A DNA stretch of 64,000 bases, from contig JAGVZE010000012.1 of NCBI GenBank assembly GCA_018302815.1, positions 6,010 through 70,009 on the forward strand, written 5' to 3'. Source of the DNA: Candidatus Woesearchaeota archaeon. Lineage in GTDB: Archaea; Nanobdellota; Nanobdellia; Woesearchaeales; ARS49. The notes under the pieces are model-generated. The model was not told the origin of the DNA. It searched no databases and saw nothing but the letters and a program-made list of their open reading frames with translations. Below, in pieces: positions 39,378 to 48,056 of this stretch (within the stretch, counting starts at the first letter, position 1; the number at the start of each line of letters is the position of its first letter). A program made the position numbers and the translations under genes.

Positions 39378-40024
39378 TAATCGTCAATTTTAAGGCTTAC
39401 AAAGAAGCCGCTGGCAAGAACGCGGTTAAGCTCGCAAAGATTTGCGAGAATGTCGCGAAAGAATCAAAAGTGAACATTTCTGTCGCGGTCCAAGCGGCAG
39501 ATATTGAGCGCGTGGCTCGAGCGGTTTCTATTCCTGTTTTGGCTCAGCACGTTGATGCTATCGAGCCTGGCCCGTACACTGGCTGGACGCTTGCGGAGAG
39601 CGTTCGTGATGCTGGAGCAATGGGTTCGTTGCTTAATCATTCTGAGTTGAAACTGCCTCCCGCTATGCTTGTTCGCGCGATGAAGCGTTTGCGAAAGCTT
39701 GATTTGATTTCTGTCGTGTGCGCAGATAATCCTTCTGAAGAGCAGTCGCTTGTAGGTTTTAAGCCGGATATGCTTGCAGTCGAGCCTCCTGAACTGATCG
39801 GGGGTAAAGTTTCTGTGTCTTCTGCGCATCCTGAAATAATAACTCAGAGTGTGAAACTGGCAAAAGACATTCCTTTGCTTGTCGGCGCAGGGATTCATAC
39901 GACAGAGGATGTCAGGGTAGCTCTCAAGCTTGGCGCGAAGGGAATTCTTGTGGCATCAGGTGTTGTTTTGGCAAAAGATCAGAGAAAGGCGCTGCTAGCT
40001 CTTGTGAATGGATTCAAAGTTTAA
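39374..40024 (+). CDS. tpiA: Triosephosphate isomerase (short archaeal type)
   Basis: VNFKAY, AQHVD, LNHSE, VEPPELIGG and GAGI motifs in 216 aa. Overlaps trxA by 4 nt. Confidence 0.85.
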   Translation: MIIVNFKAYKEAAGKNAVKLAKICENVAKESKVNISVAVQAADIERVARAVSIPVLAQHVDAIEPGPYTGWTLAESVRDAGAMGSLLNHSELKLPPAMLVRAMKRLRKLDLISVVCADNPSEEQSLVGFKPDMLAVEPPELIGGKVSVSSAHPEIITQSVKLAKDIPLLVGAGIHTTEDVRVALKLGAKGILVASGVVLAKDQRKALLALVNGFKV

Positions 40025-40842
40025 AAGAGCAAGCTCTGTAACATCGGCGCTGTCACAAAGACTTCTAAAAGCGCTGCTGTTGCCAGAAAAACTATGGCGC
40101 TTATCAGCAAAAGTACGCTGTTCTGTAAAACATTTTTGAATGCTTGGCTTTTGAGTTGTTCGCATAGGAATGCGCGGGAGAGTGTTGTGCCTGCTATGGC
40201 GGTCATGATGAAAGCTAAGCTTTCAGGTACAAGATGTATGAATGGTATCGCTCCTATTTGCAATATTCCTCCTTGGGTGAAGAATTCCCAGCGACCTAGT
40301 ATTTGTAATACAAACGCTGCAAAGAAGCTCGCGTTGTAGACTATAAGGAATACTGACCCTGCGCCATAAAAGAGTGCGAGAAAGAATCCCATGAGAAGAT
40401 ATGAAAGGTTATGCGTGAAAAGTCCTGCGGCGATTTCAAGGCTCGGAGTGAACTGTTCGAATCTGCTTAATGTCGAAGGTGAAATGTCTTCGTGTTCTAG
40501 CATTATTGTTTGGTATGCTAGCGCATCGCTGGCAATTGTGCCCAGAATGAAAAATCCTGCGAGCGTTCCTAAAAACGCAAAAAAATAACATTTGATTATT
40601 GTTTTGTGTTTTGAAAAGAAGTGTTTGCTTCCTGTGCGCTCTATTTTTTCTTCGACGTTTGTTAGGTGGTGAAGGCTTGGCGCGAGGAGCAAAGTCACAA
40701 GAAGTATCATCGTGACGCTTTGTTCTGGAAAGAAGAGGTATTGGACGCTAAAAGCGATAAAAACGTAAAGAATGCTTAGAAGAAAAACGTATGGGGCGTG
40801 CCGTGTGATGGCTCGTTTTCCGAGCAGTTGCTCAAGCACCAT
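40021..40842 (-). CDS. SpoIIM-like (DUF95) membrane protein
   Basis: Polytopic protein. The IPFIHLVPESLAFIMTAIAG segment is typical of the stage II sporulation protein M family. Confidence 0.6.
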   Translation of the reverse strand: MVLEQLLGKRAITRHAPYVFLLSILYVFIAFSVQYLFFPEQSVTMILLVTLLLAPSLHHLTNVEEKIERTGSKHFFSKHKTIIKCYFFAFLGTLAGFFILGTIASDALAYQTIMLEHEDISPSTLSRFEQFTPSLEIAAGLFTHNLSYLLMGFFLALFYGAGSVFLIVYNASFFAAFVLQILGRWEFFTQGGILQIGAIPFIHLVPESLAFIMTAIAGTTLSRAFLCEQLKSQAFKNVLQNSVLLLISAIVFLATAALLEVFVTAPMLQSLLF

Positions 40843-42686
40843 TATTCAAAGTAGCCTTCCCAAGTGTCAGGCTGTTTTGGCGGCCTTCTCTTGTAGGCGT
40901 ACGTTCCAAGCGCTGCGAGCAGGGCAAGAGCGAGCAGAGGCGCTAGCCAGTTGATGGAGTCTCCAAGGCCGAATAGTCCTGTTGCTTTGGGTCTTAGTGC
41001 TTGTCTTGGCGCTTCTGGTTCTAGGGGAGTGTATTCTGCTGGAGCTGGTTTTTCTGCTGGTTGTTCTTCTGTTTGTTCTTCGGCTGGCTGTTCTGATTGC
41101 GTTTCGTCAGTGGTAGAAGCTGTTGCGCCGCCTCCTGATTGTCTAAGCCTAAAGCCGAGTCCTGAACTGTAATATGTATTGTCTGTTGTTTGCACACTGC
41201 CGCTTTGTACTGTGAATTGCTGTGTTGCGGTGTATGCGTATCCTTGTTCGACGAATTCGACTGTTACTGTGTATGTTCCGTCGTCGGGTGCGTTGAAATT
41301 TACAGAGTATGTTCCGTTTGATAGTGTCGCTGTGAAGTTGCCGGTTGGTGTTTTGACAATTACTTCGTCTTGGCTCGCACTGCCGTCAAGTTCTAGTGTT
41401 CCTGATGCAATGATTGCACTTCCCGGCGATGTTGATGTCGGAGTGAGTGAAAGTGTCACATTGTGGTTGGGAACTGCAGTTACCGTCACTGTCTTTGTTG
41501 TTGTATGTCCTGCGTTATCAAGAGCGTTCAATGTGAGATCATGGGCTCCGATGGAAGTCACAAGCAAAGTTCCTGAATAGTTGTTTCCTGCTTGAGAAAG
41601 AGTTACTGTTGCGCCATCAAGGGTCGCGTTGACTGTTGAAAGGCCTATTGTGTCTGTTACTATGCTCATGAAAAGAGTTGCTCTGTCTCGTCGTATTGTG
41701 AGATTATTCAAAAGAACGCTTGGCGCTTGAGTGTCAAGGACTACTGATTGCACGCTTGTGTTGGTTAGGCCTACTCCGTCGGCGCAGGTCACACTCCAAA
41801 GTTTATTGCCTTCGCTGAAGTTGAGGGTGTGCGTGGCGCTTGTCTGAGTGTTATTCGCAAGAGTGTATGTTCCGAGCAAAGTTCCGTTGAAGTAAAGTCC
41901 GCAGGTTAAATTAGGCGCCAAATTGTCTGAAGCGCTGAATGTGAACGTGGTTGATTCGCTGATGAATCCGGATGGTGATGCTAGGTTGACTATTGGCGCG
42001 GTTCCATCTACTATTAATTGTCCGCTTGTTGTGAGGGTTTCTCCTGCGTTGTTTGTCGCGGTGAGTGTGTAACATGTTTGGCTTCCTTCTGTATATGAAC
42101 TAAAGTCGGCTGTTCCTATCCAGTGTGTTTGGTTGGATGTGAGCGCGGTTGTTGTCGTGGTGCCGTTCGCGCAGTTGTTTATCGAGTATGTTGCGTTCGC
42201 AATTCCTGTTTCAGGATCTGAAAGAACTGCTGATATTGGCTGATTGCTTGCCTGAACATATCCTGATGGCAAAATTGAAGATAGAACTGGAACGGTTGTA
42301 TCGTCAAGGATTAGCAATTGAAGGATGAATGATTGGCCATTGGTTGAGACAGGAAGGTTGACTGTTGTGTTTTGCGTGAGGAGTGGCGCTTTGAGGGAGA
42401 ATTCGAATAGTGCTGAGCGAATGTTGGTTCCTAATACTCCGCTCCATTCCGCGCGTGAGGAGCTTAGCGTTGTTGTCCATCCGCTGTAATTTTCTGCTGA
42501 TGAAAGAAGCGTGCTGTTTACTGCGACAAGTGTGACGAGACTTGAACCTCGGTAGTTGTTTACATCGAGCGCGAGATTCGATGTCACAGCTTCATATATT
42601 GTCGAAGGTTCAAGAGTGACATTTACTGCATTGACAAGTCCTGCGAGGAGTATCACGACGATAGGCAGTATCACTCTTTTTGACAT
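40842..42686 (-). CDS. Cell-surface protein with Ig-like beta domains and C-terminal TM anchor
   Basis: Signal peptide, T/S/N-rich beta-strand-like repeats with many N-x-S/T sequons, an acidic P/E-rich linker, then the WLAPLLALALLAALGTYAYKRRPP anchor. Confidence 0.7.
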   Translation of the reverse strand: MSKRVILPIVVILLAGLVNAVNVTLEPSTIYEAVTSNLALDVNNYRGSSLVTLVAVNSTLLSSAENYSGWTTTLSSSRAEWSGVLGTNIRSALFEFSLKAPLLTQNTTVNLPVSTNGQSFILQLLILDDTTVPVLSSILPSGYVQASNQPISAVLSDPETGIANATYSINNCANGTTTTTALTSNQTHWIGTADFSSYTEGSQTCYTLTATNNAGETLTTSGQLIVDGTAPIVNLASPSGFISESTTFTFSASDNLAPNLTCGLYFNGTLLGTYTLANNTQTSATHTLNFSEGNKLWSVTCADGVGLTNTSVQSVVLDTQAPSVLLNNLTIRRDRATLFMSIVTDTIGLSTVNATLDGATVTLSQAGNNYSGTLLVTSIGAHDLTLNALDNAGHTTTKTVTVTAVPNHNVTLSLTPTSTSPGSAIIASGTLELDGSASQDEVIVKTPTGNFTATLSNGTYSVNFNAPDDGTYTVTVEFVEQGYAYTATQQFTVQSGSVQTTDNTYYSSGLGFRLRQSGGGATASTTDETQSEQPAEEQTEEQPAEKPAPAEYTPLEPEAPRQALRPKATGLFGLGDSINWLAPLLALALLAALGTYAYKRRPPKQPDTWEGYFE

Positions 42687-42812
42687 GCCTTGTTCTTAGA
42701 TGATTTGGTATATAAAAGTTACTTTTTTGTATACTGGTTGCCGTTTTGACGTCGAGCCGTACAGAGAGTTTTTAAGAGGAAAAATCATCAAACTTATTGG
42801 GGATTAGTATAT

Positions 42813-43274
42813 ATGAATGGTTTGGTAGGGGTGGTAATTTTATTGCTCGGCGTTCTCGCCGGGCAGTTTCTTCCGCTAGAGGCAGGGGAACGCTTGGCGT
42901 TATCGGATTTGAGTGTTGATAGTACTTCTAGGATTCCTTTTGAAAGAATAAAAGTATACCCAACTGAGGTATCAATAGATGTTGCAGGCGTTCATTACGC
43001 TAAAGTCGCTTCGAACTCTATGGCTCCATTGATAACCGATACTTCAACTGTTCTTGAGAAAGCGCCTCAAAACGCTGATGAGATACAAGTTGGTGATGTG
43101 ATTTCATTCTACGAGCCGTCTGTTGATGGAATAGTCTTGCACTTAGTGATAGAAAAGCTTGAATCTGAAGGTGAAGTGTCGTTTAGAACGCAAGGAACCG
43201 CGAATCCAGAGCCAGACCCTTGGATTGTTTCGTATTCTAATGTGAAGGGCGTGCTTGTTGGCGTGCTCAAGTAG
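42813..43274 (+). CDS. Signal peptidase I (S26B, archaeal/ER type)
   Basis: N-terminal TM helix, catalytic Ser box ASNSMAP, His box VLHLVIEK, and TQGTANPEPDPW. Confidence 0.65.
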   Translation: MNGLVGVVILLLGVLAGQFLPLEAGERLALSDLSVDSTSRIPFERIKVYPTEVSIDVAGVHYAKVASNSMAPLITDTSTVLEKAPQNADEIQVGDVISFYEPSVDGIVLHLVIEKLESEGEVSFRTQGTANPEPDPWIVSYSNVKGVLVGVLK

Positions 43275-43329
43275 TAATTCTCAACAACGCGTATAAACTT
43301 GTAAACAGAAACCGCTGTTCTACTTCATA

Positions 43330-43412
43330 CCGTCTTCCGTGCGTGCCGTCCCGCCTTCCTGCCGTCTTGCCGTCTTCCGTCCCGCCGTCCTACCGTTGTC
43401 CGTCCTGCCGTT
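43330..43412 (+). repeat. CCGTC-octamer array 1 (~11 degenerate 7-9-nt units)
   Basis: CCGTCTT CCGTGCGTG CCGTCCCG CCTTCCTG CCGTCTTG CCGTCTT CCGTCCCG CCGTCCTA CCGTTGT CCGTCCTG CCGTT. It ends at the base before the stop codon at 43413-43415. Confidence 0.9.
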
Positions 43413-44054
43413 TCAAGCGACTCTTAGCGTTATCTGGTATATTTTTCCCGTGTAGAAGACTGCGGGGTTTGTCCTGAATTGTCCGATTTCGCAGGGAGCT
43501 TCGGCTGTTCCGTCTGCTCTTAATGGTTTGTTGTAGACGCATAGGTTGAAGACGTAGTCTCCTTTTGGTGTTGGCCTGCCGTTTGCGACGTTTACGTCTG
43601 CTCGAAGAAGAACTGGTTTGACGTCTTGTTGGTTTCGTTTTAATGTGAATGTGTCGACGACGTTGAAGTTTCCAAGCCAGTTTGTTGCGACATAAGCTGG
43701 ATCTACCGCGATGGTGCTTCCGTCGGGCGCGTACGCTCCTGAATAGCTTAATGCCATGCTGAATTGTCCTTCGCTTCCTACGTTTCTAACTCCAATGCCA
43801 AATGACACGGGATTTCCGCGAGTGGTTTCTTGTATTGAGAATGGAATCACGACAAGCTGGTTTCCAGTGCGCAGCGCGGCAAGGATTTGTTCTTGTGTTT
43901 TCTTGTCTATTTCGGCTTGGAGTTCTTCTGCTTGTCCGAACCATTTGAAGAGCAAAGATATCGCGATTCCGAACACTACTATTGTGAGGATCAGCATGAC
44001 TATGAATCCTACTGCGAATTCCATGCCTTTTTTGTTTTGAAGGAACGGAATCAT
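43413..44054 (-). CDS. Type IV pilin-like protein (class III signal peptide), paralog 1
   Basis: MIPFLQNKKG/MEFAVGFIVMLILTIVVFGIA is a prepilin-like N-terminus. Shares GIGVRN, VYNKP and a terminal ITLRV with 47236-47877. Confidence 0.55.
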   Translation of the reverse strand: MIPFLQNKKGMEFAVGFIVMLILTIVVFGIAISLLFKWFGQAEELQAEIDKKTQEQILAALRTGNQLVVIPFSIQETTRGNPVSFGIGVRNVGSEGQFSMALSYSGAYAPDGSTIAVDPAYVATNWLGNFNVVDTFTLKRNQQDVKPVLLRADVNVANGRPTPKGDYVFNLCVYNKPLRADGTAEAPCEIGQFRTNPAVFYTGKIYQITLRVA

Positions 44055-45415
44055 TGGGGGTTCACCAGTGTTATTTTTCCAAGCGGCTTTTGGAAGTTGC
44101 CTCGTTTTTCAGTGCCGTCCTGTTCGTACTTGTACCAGATTCCAAGGACGAGGCTGTGCTCTTCTTCTGGCTCTGCTATGCTTGGTATGCCAACTTGAAT
44201 AGTGACTGGTTGTTCTGAAAGTTGTTGGTTTGGATTTATTTCCGCGAGCTGCTGCTGTCCTTCAAGCAGACGCACTGTTTCGATTACAATGTTTTCTATG
44301 CTTGGGTCTTTGCGGTATATTTTGAAATCTAGGTTTATCTTGTCTGTTTTGATGCTCAGCGGATTATTGAACTTGTAATTATTAGTGAGTTGGAGTGGTC
44401 CTAAGCTTCTATCGTCAAATAGGCTGTTTGGTTCGATAACAACTCCTGGCTTTAACACTGCGGCGCAAGCATTCGCTTTGCAGGTGAAGTCAAGAAAGTT
44501 GCCCGCGCTTCCTTGGCAGGATCCGCAGTCTGAAGCGCAGCTGCATTTGTTTTCTGCGCTATCGCATATGAAATTGCCGCACGCTCCTTGTATTGGTTCG
44601 TGTTTGCAGAAGAAATCTGTCTGTTGGCTGCAAGTGTCTCGTGTTCCGGGATTTTTGTCATCACAGCTTGCAGGGCAGGGGTATTGCGCGTTTGGTTTCA
44701 CAAATACGAATTTGTCCTTAAATGTCGCTTGGAATGTGCTTTGTCTTTTTGTTGATTTCCCGCTTTGTTTTTGCGTGAATTCGTAGTAAACTTTTAGGAC
44801 CAAGTTGCTAAGCTCTCCTTCGAGTTCGGGTGTTGGGAAGTCCAACACTAGTTCTTCCTCGAGTGTGCTTCCTAGTGTCCAGAGGTGTTTGTTCACTTCT
44901 TTTGAGATTAAAGTTATTGTCCTTTTGTCTTTGGTTTGCCCAATGAGTTCTAAGCGCAGGATGTTGTGCTCGAAGTTTTGAGCTGATGGCAGGCTTAATG
45001 TGATTGTAAGTCCCATCGTATCTTTTTTGAGATTGAATGGCTGGCTGTATGCCGTGTCGAGTTTGAATTTGTCTCCGCTGCTTGAGGCTTCTTGGCTTGC
45101 GAAGGCGGGTTTCACAAGGTTTTGTTTGACGTCTTGCGTGCATTCTGTTTTGACGCATTGCTGCGTTAGATACTGGCTTCCCGGAACTGCTCCTGCGCAT
45201 GCTCCACAATCAGTATCACATGTGCATTGGTTTTCAGAAGCGTCGCACTTTTCGTTGCCGCAAACATTGGGAAGAGGATTGTATTGGCATACTCCTTCAG
45301 CACAGGATGGAGTGAATGCGCTGAGTGGTTTTGCGGTGCAATCAAGGTCTTTTTTGCATTCGGCTGAAGAACAGGCTGCGAGAACCAATAATAGTATGAC
45401 TGCGAAGCGTTTCAC
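44051..45415 (-). CDS. Cys-rich lipobox protein with internal two-fold duplication
   Basis: GTG start. Signal peptide ends in LVLAAC. Contains two copies of CGN..CD..EN.C.C..DCG.C.G (CGNEKCDASENQCTCDTDCGACAG and CGNFICDSAENKCSCASDCGSCQG), each followed by a ~170-aa beta-rich module. ATGA overlap with the pilin-like gene. Confidence 0.6.
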   Translation of the reverse strand: MKRFAVILLLVLAACSSAECKKDLDCTAKPLSAFTPSCAEGVCQYNPLPNVCGNEKCDASENQCTCDTDCGACAGAVPGSQYLTQQCVKTECTQDVKQNLVKPAFASQEASSSGDKFKLDTAYSQPFNLKKDTMGLTITLSLPSAQNFEHNILRLELIGQTKDKRTITLISKEVNKHLWTLGSTLEEELVLDFPTPELEGELSNLVLKVYYEFTQKQSGKSTKRQSTFQATFKDKFVFVKPNAQYPCPASCDDKNPGTRDTCSQQTDFFCKHEPIQGACGNFICDSAENKCSCASDCGSCQGSAGNFLDFTCKANACAAVLKPGVVIEPNSLFDDRSLGPLQLTNNYKFNNPLSIKTDKINLDFKIYRKDPSIENIVIETVRLLEGQQQLAEINPNQQLSEQPVTIQVGIPSIAEPEEEHSLVLGIWYKYEQDGTEKRGNFQKPLGKITLVNPQ

Positions 45416-45450
45416 GTGGGACCTCTTTTAACTTGATTATGCTGGCGCGA

Positions 45451-45458
45451 TTTATAAA
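45451..45458 (-). promoter_or_regulatory. TATA box TTTATAAA for the 45415 operon
   Basis: Palindromic octamer 36-43 nt upstream of the GTG start and 7 nt from array 2. Confidence 0.55.
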
Positions 45459-45465
45459 AGTTCTG

Positions 45466-45583
45466 TCCCGCAGTCTTCCATCCTGCTTCATGCAGTCGTC
45501 CGTCCCGCCGTCTTGCCGTTCTGCCGTCCATCCGTCATACTACCGTCTTCCGTACTTGCCGTCGGCCTTCCTACTTCCCACAG
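45466..45583 (+). repeat. CCGTC-octamer array 2 (~14 units)
   Basis: ...CAGTCGT CCGTCCCG CCGTCTTG CCGTTCTG CCGTCCAT CCGTCATACTA CCGTCTT CCGTACTTG CCGTCGG CCTTCCTA CTTCCCACAG. It ends at the base before the stop codon at 45584-45586. Confidence 0.9.
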
Positions 45584-46963
45584 CTATCGTTCAGGGAACA
45601 TCGGCACGCTTCCGACCGCGATGATTCCTATGCCTTTGCTTACGAGGTCTTGATAGTTTGGCGCGAGCATTCTTCTGCCGTCCATTAATAGGTAGGGGCG
45701 TTGTTGCGCTTCGATTAGTGGCGAAAGTGATTTGAATCTTGGCCAGTCTGTTGCTATGATTGCTGCCTGTGTTCCTTCGAGGGCTTGCGCTTCGTCTTTG
45801 CATACGATGATGCGTTTGTCGTTGAATGTTTTTGCGTAATTCTCGGATGCCTGCGGATCATACGTTCTGATTGTTTGAACACCGTCTCGAATCATCCATT
45901 TGGTGATGGGTATGGCGGGCGACATTCGTACGTCGTTCGTGTCTTGTTTGAATGCTGTGCCGAGGATCGCGACAGTTTTTCCTTCAAAGTTGAATCTTGC
46001 TTGTTTTTGCGCTCTTGAGTAAAAGTGGGCGAGCTGCGCGTCGTTTCCTTGTATGACGTCGTTCACGAAGCTTACGGCGTATGATGAGCTTTCACAGGAG
46101 AGTAATGTTTTGAGCAGGTTGCGCGCGTCTTTGTCAAAGCAGCTTCCGCCGGCGTAGAGGCTGTCGAAATGCCCCCATTTTGGAAGCCTTGAATCTGCTG
46201 TGATTCCTTCGACTATTCGAGCTATGTCTAGGTCTGGGCGTGATTCGCATAATCGTCCGATGACGTGGTATGTGTTGAGCACGATTCTGCTGAATAGCTC
46301 GAAGTTTGAGAGGAGTTTTATCGCTTCAGCGTCCGATGGACTGCAATGTTTTATCCTGTTCGAATCAATGTTGCCGTAAAGTTTACTTAGGAGTTTGTCG
46401 TCTTGCTCGGTTGTGGTTCCGATGACTACTCGGTCTGGCTTTTGGCTTCCTTCGACTGCTTTGCCTTCGACTAAAAATTCAGGGTTTGAGCCGACTCCAT
46501 AGTTCTTAAGACCCCATTCACTTAGTTTGTCACTCAACGTTGCTGCTGTTCCGATTGGTACTGTGCTTTTATTGACGAATAAGAGGTGTTTTTCCTGTCT
46601 GCCTTCGTTTCGCGTGGCGAAGTGTTCAGCCACTTGTTTTGCCGCGACGTAAAGGCATCGTTTTTCGAGCTGGCGTTCTAATTCTTCTGCCGGTGTTGGA
46701 AGGCATAGAAAGACTATGTCTATTGAGCTCGGATTTATGCCGTGAAGGTATGATGTGAATGCTAGATTTGTTTCGTTTTGTTGTATGAGTTTTGCAAGGC
46801 CAGGCTCATAAATACGTGAATCGATTCGCGCAGCTTCTCTTGATGTGAGGTCCGCTAGTTTTTTGTCGTCTAAGTCGTACGCGACTACATTGTGTCCGTT
46901 GCTTGCGAGGACCGCGCTGTGGGTCGCTCCTACGAATCCTGCTCCTACTGTGAGAATGTTCAT
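45584..46963 (-). CDS. UDP-glucose/GDP-mannose dehydrogenase family (NDP-sugar 6-dehydrogenase)
   Basis: N-terminal Rossmann motif VGAGFVGATHS and catalytic Cys motif GGSCFDKDARNL, in 459 aa. Confidence 0.85.
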   Translation of the reverse strand: MNILTVGAGFVGATHSAVLASNGHNVVAYDLDDKKLADLTSREAARIDSRIYEPGLAKLIQQNETNLAFTSYLHGINPSSIDIVFLCLPTPAEELERQLEKRCLYVAAKQVAEHFATRNEGRQEKHLLFVNKSTVPIGTAATLSDKLSEWGLKNYGVGSNPEFLVEGKAVEGSQKPDRVVIGTTTEQDDKLLSKLYGNIDSNRIKHCSPSDAEAIKLLSNFELFSRIVLNTYHVIGRLCESRPDLDIARIVEGITADSRLPKWGHFDSLYAGGSCFDKDARNLLKTLLSCESSSYAVSFVNDVIQGNDAQLAHFYSRAQKQARFNFEGKTVAILGTAFKQDTNDVRMSPAIPITKWMIRDGVQTIRTYDPQASENYAKTFNDKRIIVCKDEAQALEGTQAAIIATDWPRFKSLSPLIEAQQRPYLLMDGRRMLAPNYQDLVSKGIGIIAVGSVPMFPER

Positions 46964-47010
46964 GGATTTAGCGCGTTCAACGTGTTATTTAAGAATTGTG
47001 AAACTCCAGT

Positions 47011-47235
47011 CTAACGCACTAATTCGAACTCTTTCACTATGAACCAGGCGAATAGCACCATTACGAGTGCTCCTGTTCCTACGTACCATGCGCCGTCTAC
47101 TACATCGTAAGCTAGTGCGCTGTAGATTCCAAAGCCCATGAGGAATGTTCCTATCCAGAGGAATTTGTCTAAAACGAGCTTCATTATTTCGAATTCTTCA
47201 TGTGCTGCCAGTCGTCTTTTCATTGGCTTAACCAT
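47011..47235 (-). CDS. Small two-TM membrane protein
   Basis: 74 aa with two hydrophobic helices. The start abuts the stop of the pilin-like gene. Confidence 0.45.
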   Translation of the reverse strand: MVKPMKRRLAAHEEFEIMKLVLDKFLWIGTFLMGFGIYSALAYDVVDGAWYVGTGALVMVLFAWFIVKEFELVR

Positions 47236-47877
47236 TTAGACCACCTTTAGCGTGAATGATTTTGTGGAGTAGAGCGCGGATTGTTGGTAGTTGGTGCCGA
47301 ATTGTTGGTCTGCGCATCCTCTATCTTCCGGTTCTTTGTAGACGTTGACTTCCATGCTGTACGTGTCTGGGCGTACGCCTCGAACTAGCATTTCTGCGTC
47401 GTAGACTTCTCCTTCGAAGTTTCTAAGGTCGAATTCACCAAGTATGGATCTATACCAGTTTCTATTCGATGCGACTGGTTCTCCTGTTTCAGCATCGAAC
47501 CCGCCTACGCCGACGTCATTTTGTGAGTTTGATTGGTCGCAATAGCTTCCAGGGGTGAATGGTCTTATGCATTTGACTTCTACTCTGAAACATACTTTTC
47601 CTGTGTCAGGATTTTGCGCTGTGTTTCTAACGCCAATGACCATGGCTCCAGGCTTTCCTATTTCGACTTGTTCTGGAACTGAGAAGACAAGAAGTTCTCC
47701 TGTTTTGATTTGTTCTCTTAATTGTCCTTTGATTCGTTGGAATTCTTGGGTGAATATTTCTGTGGCTCCGCCGAATTGTTTCTTGATGAAGCCAATTCCA
47801 AGTCCAAGAAGAGTGATAGCGATAATAAGAACGACAATTGCAGTGATAGAAAGCTCTAATGCTCCTTTCTTATGCAT
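47236..47877 (-). CDS. Type IV pilin-like protein (class III signal peptide), paralog 2
   Basis: The ATG at 47875-47877 is preceded by GAGGTG. MHKKG/ALELSITAIVVLIIAITLLGLG is a prepilin-like N-terminus. Shares motifs with 43413-44054. Confidence 0.55.
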   Translation of the reverse strand: MHKKGALELSITAIVVLIIAITLLGLGIGFIKKQFGGATEIFTQEFQRIKGQLREQIKTGELLVFSVPEQVEIGKPGAMVIGVRNTAQNPDTGKVCFRVEVKCIRPFTPGSYCDQSNSQNDVGVGGFDAETGEPVASNRNWYRSILGEFDLRNFEGEVYDAEMLVRGVRPDTYSMEVNVYKEPEDRGCADQQFGTNYQQSALYSTKSFTLKVV

Positions 47878-47917
47878 TATATACACCTCTTTTTCTATGT
47901 TATTAAATGAATGTTGC

Positions 47918-47927
47918 TATATAAATA
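47918..47927 (-). promoter_or_regulatory. TATA-like box (TATATAAATA) for the 47877 gene
   Basis: Lies 41-50 nt upstream of the ATG, between the gene and array 3. Confidence 0.45.
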
Positions 47928-47965
47928 TTATGTCGTACCTTTCTGCGCACAAGTATCAATTATCA

Positions 47966-48053
47966 TCCCACTTCCCGCCGTCATTCCGTCCTACCGTCTT
48001 GCCGTCCTGCCGTCATTCCGTCTTGCCGTCAGCCGTCCTGCCGCCCTACCGTA
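47966..48053 (+). repeat. CCGTC-octamer array 3 (~10 units, the most regular)
   Basis: CCGTCATT CCGTCCTA CCGTCTTG CCGTCCTG CCGTCATT CCGTCTTG CCGTCAG CCGTCCTG CCGCCCTA CCGTA. It ends 3 nt before the stop codon at 48057-48059. Confidence 0.9.
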
Positions 48054-48056
48054 TTT

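Noticed and set aside
45433-45624. ORFs reading through the CCGTC arrays (45433-45624, 47911-48207, 55090-55503, 62306-62491)
   Set aside because: The translations are P/S/C/R-rich low-complexity strings dictated by the repeat. They have no RBS or TATA context and overlap real gene ends, so the arrays are treated as non-coding.
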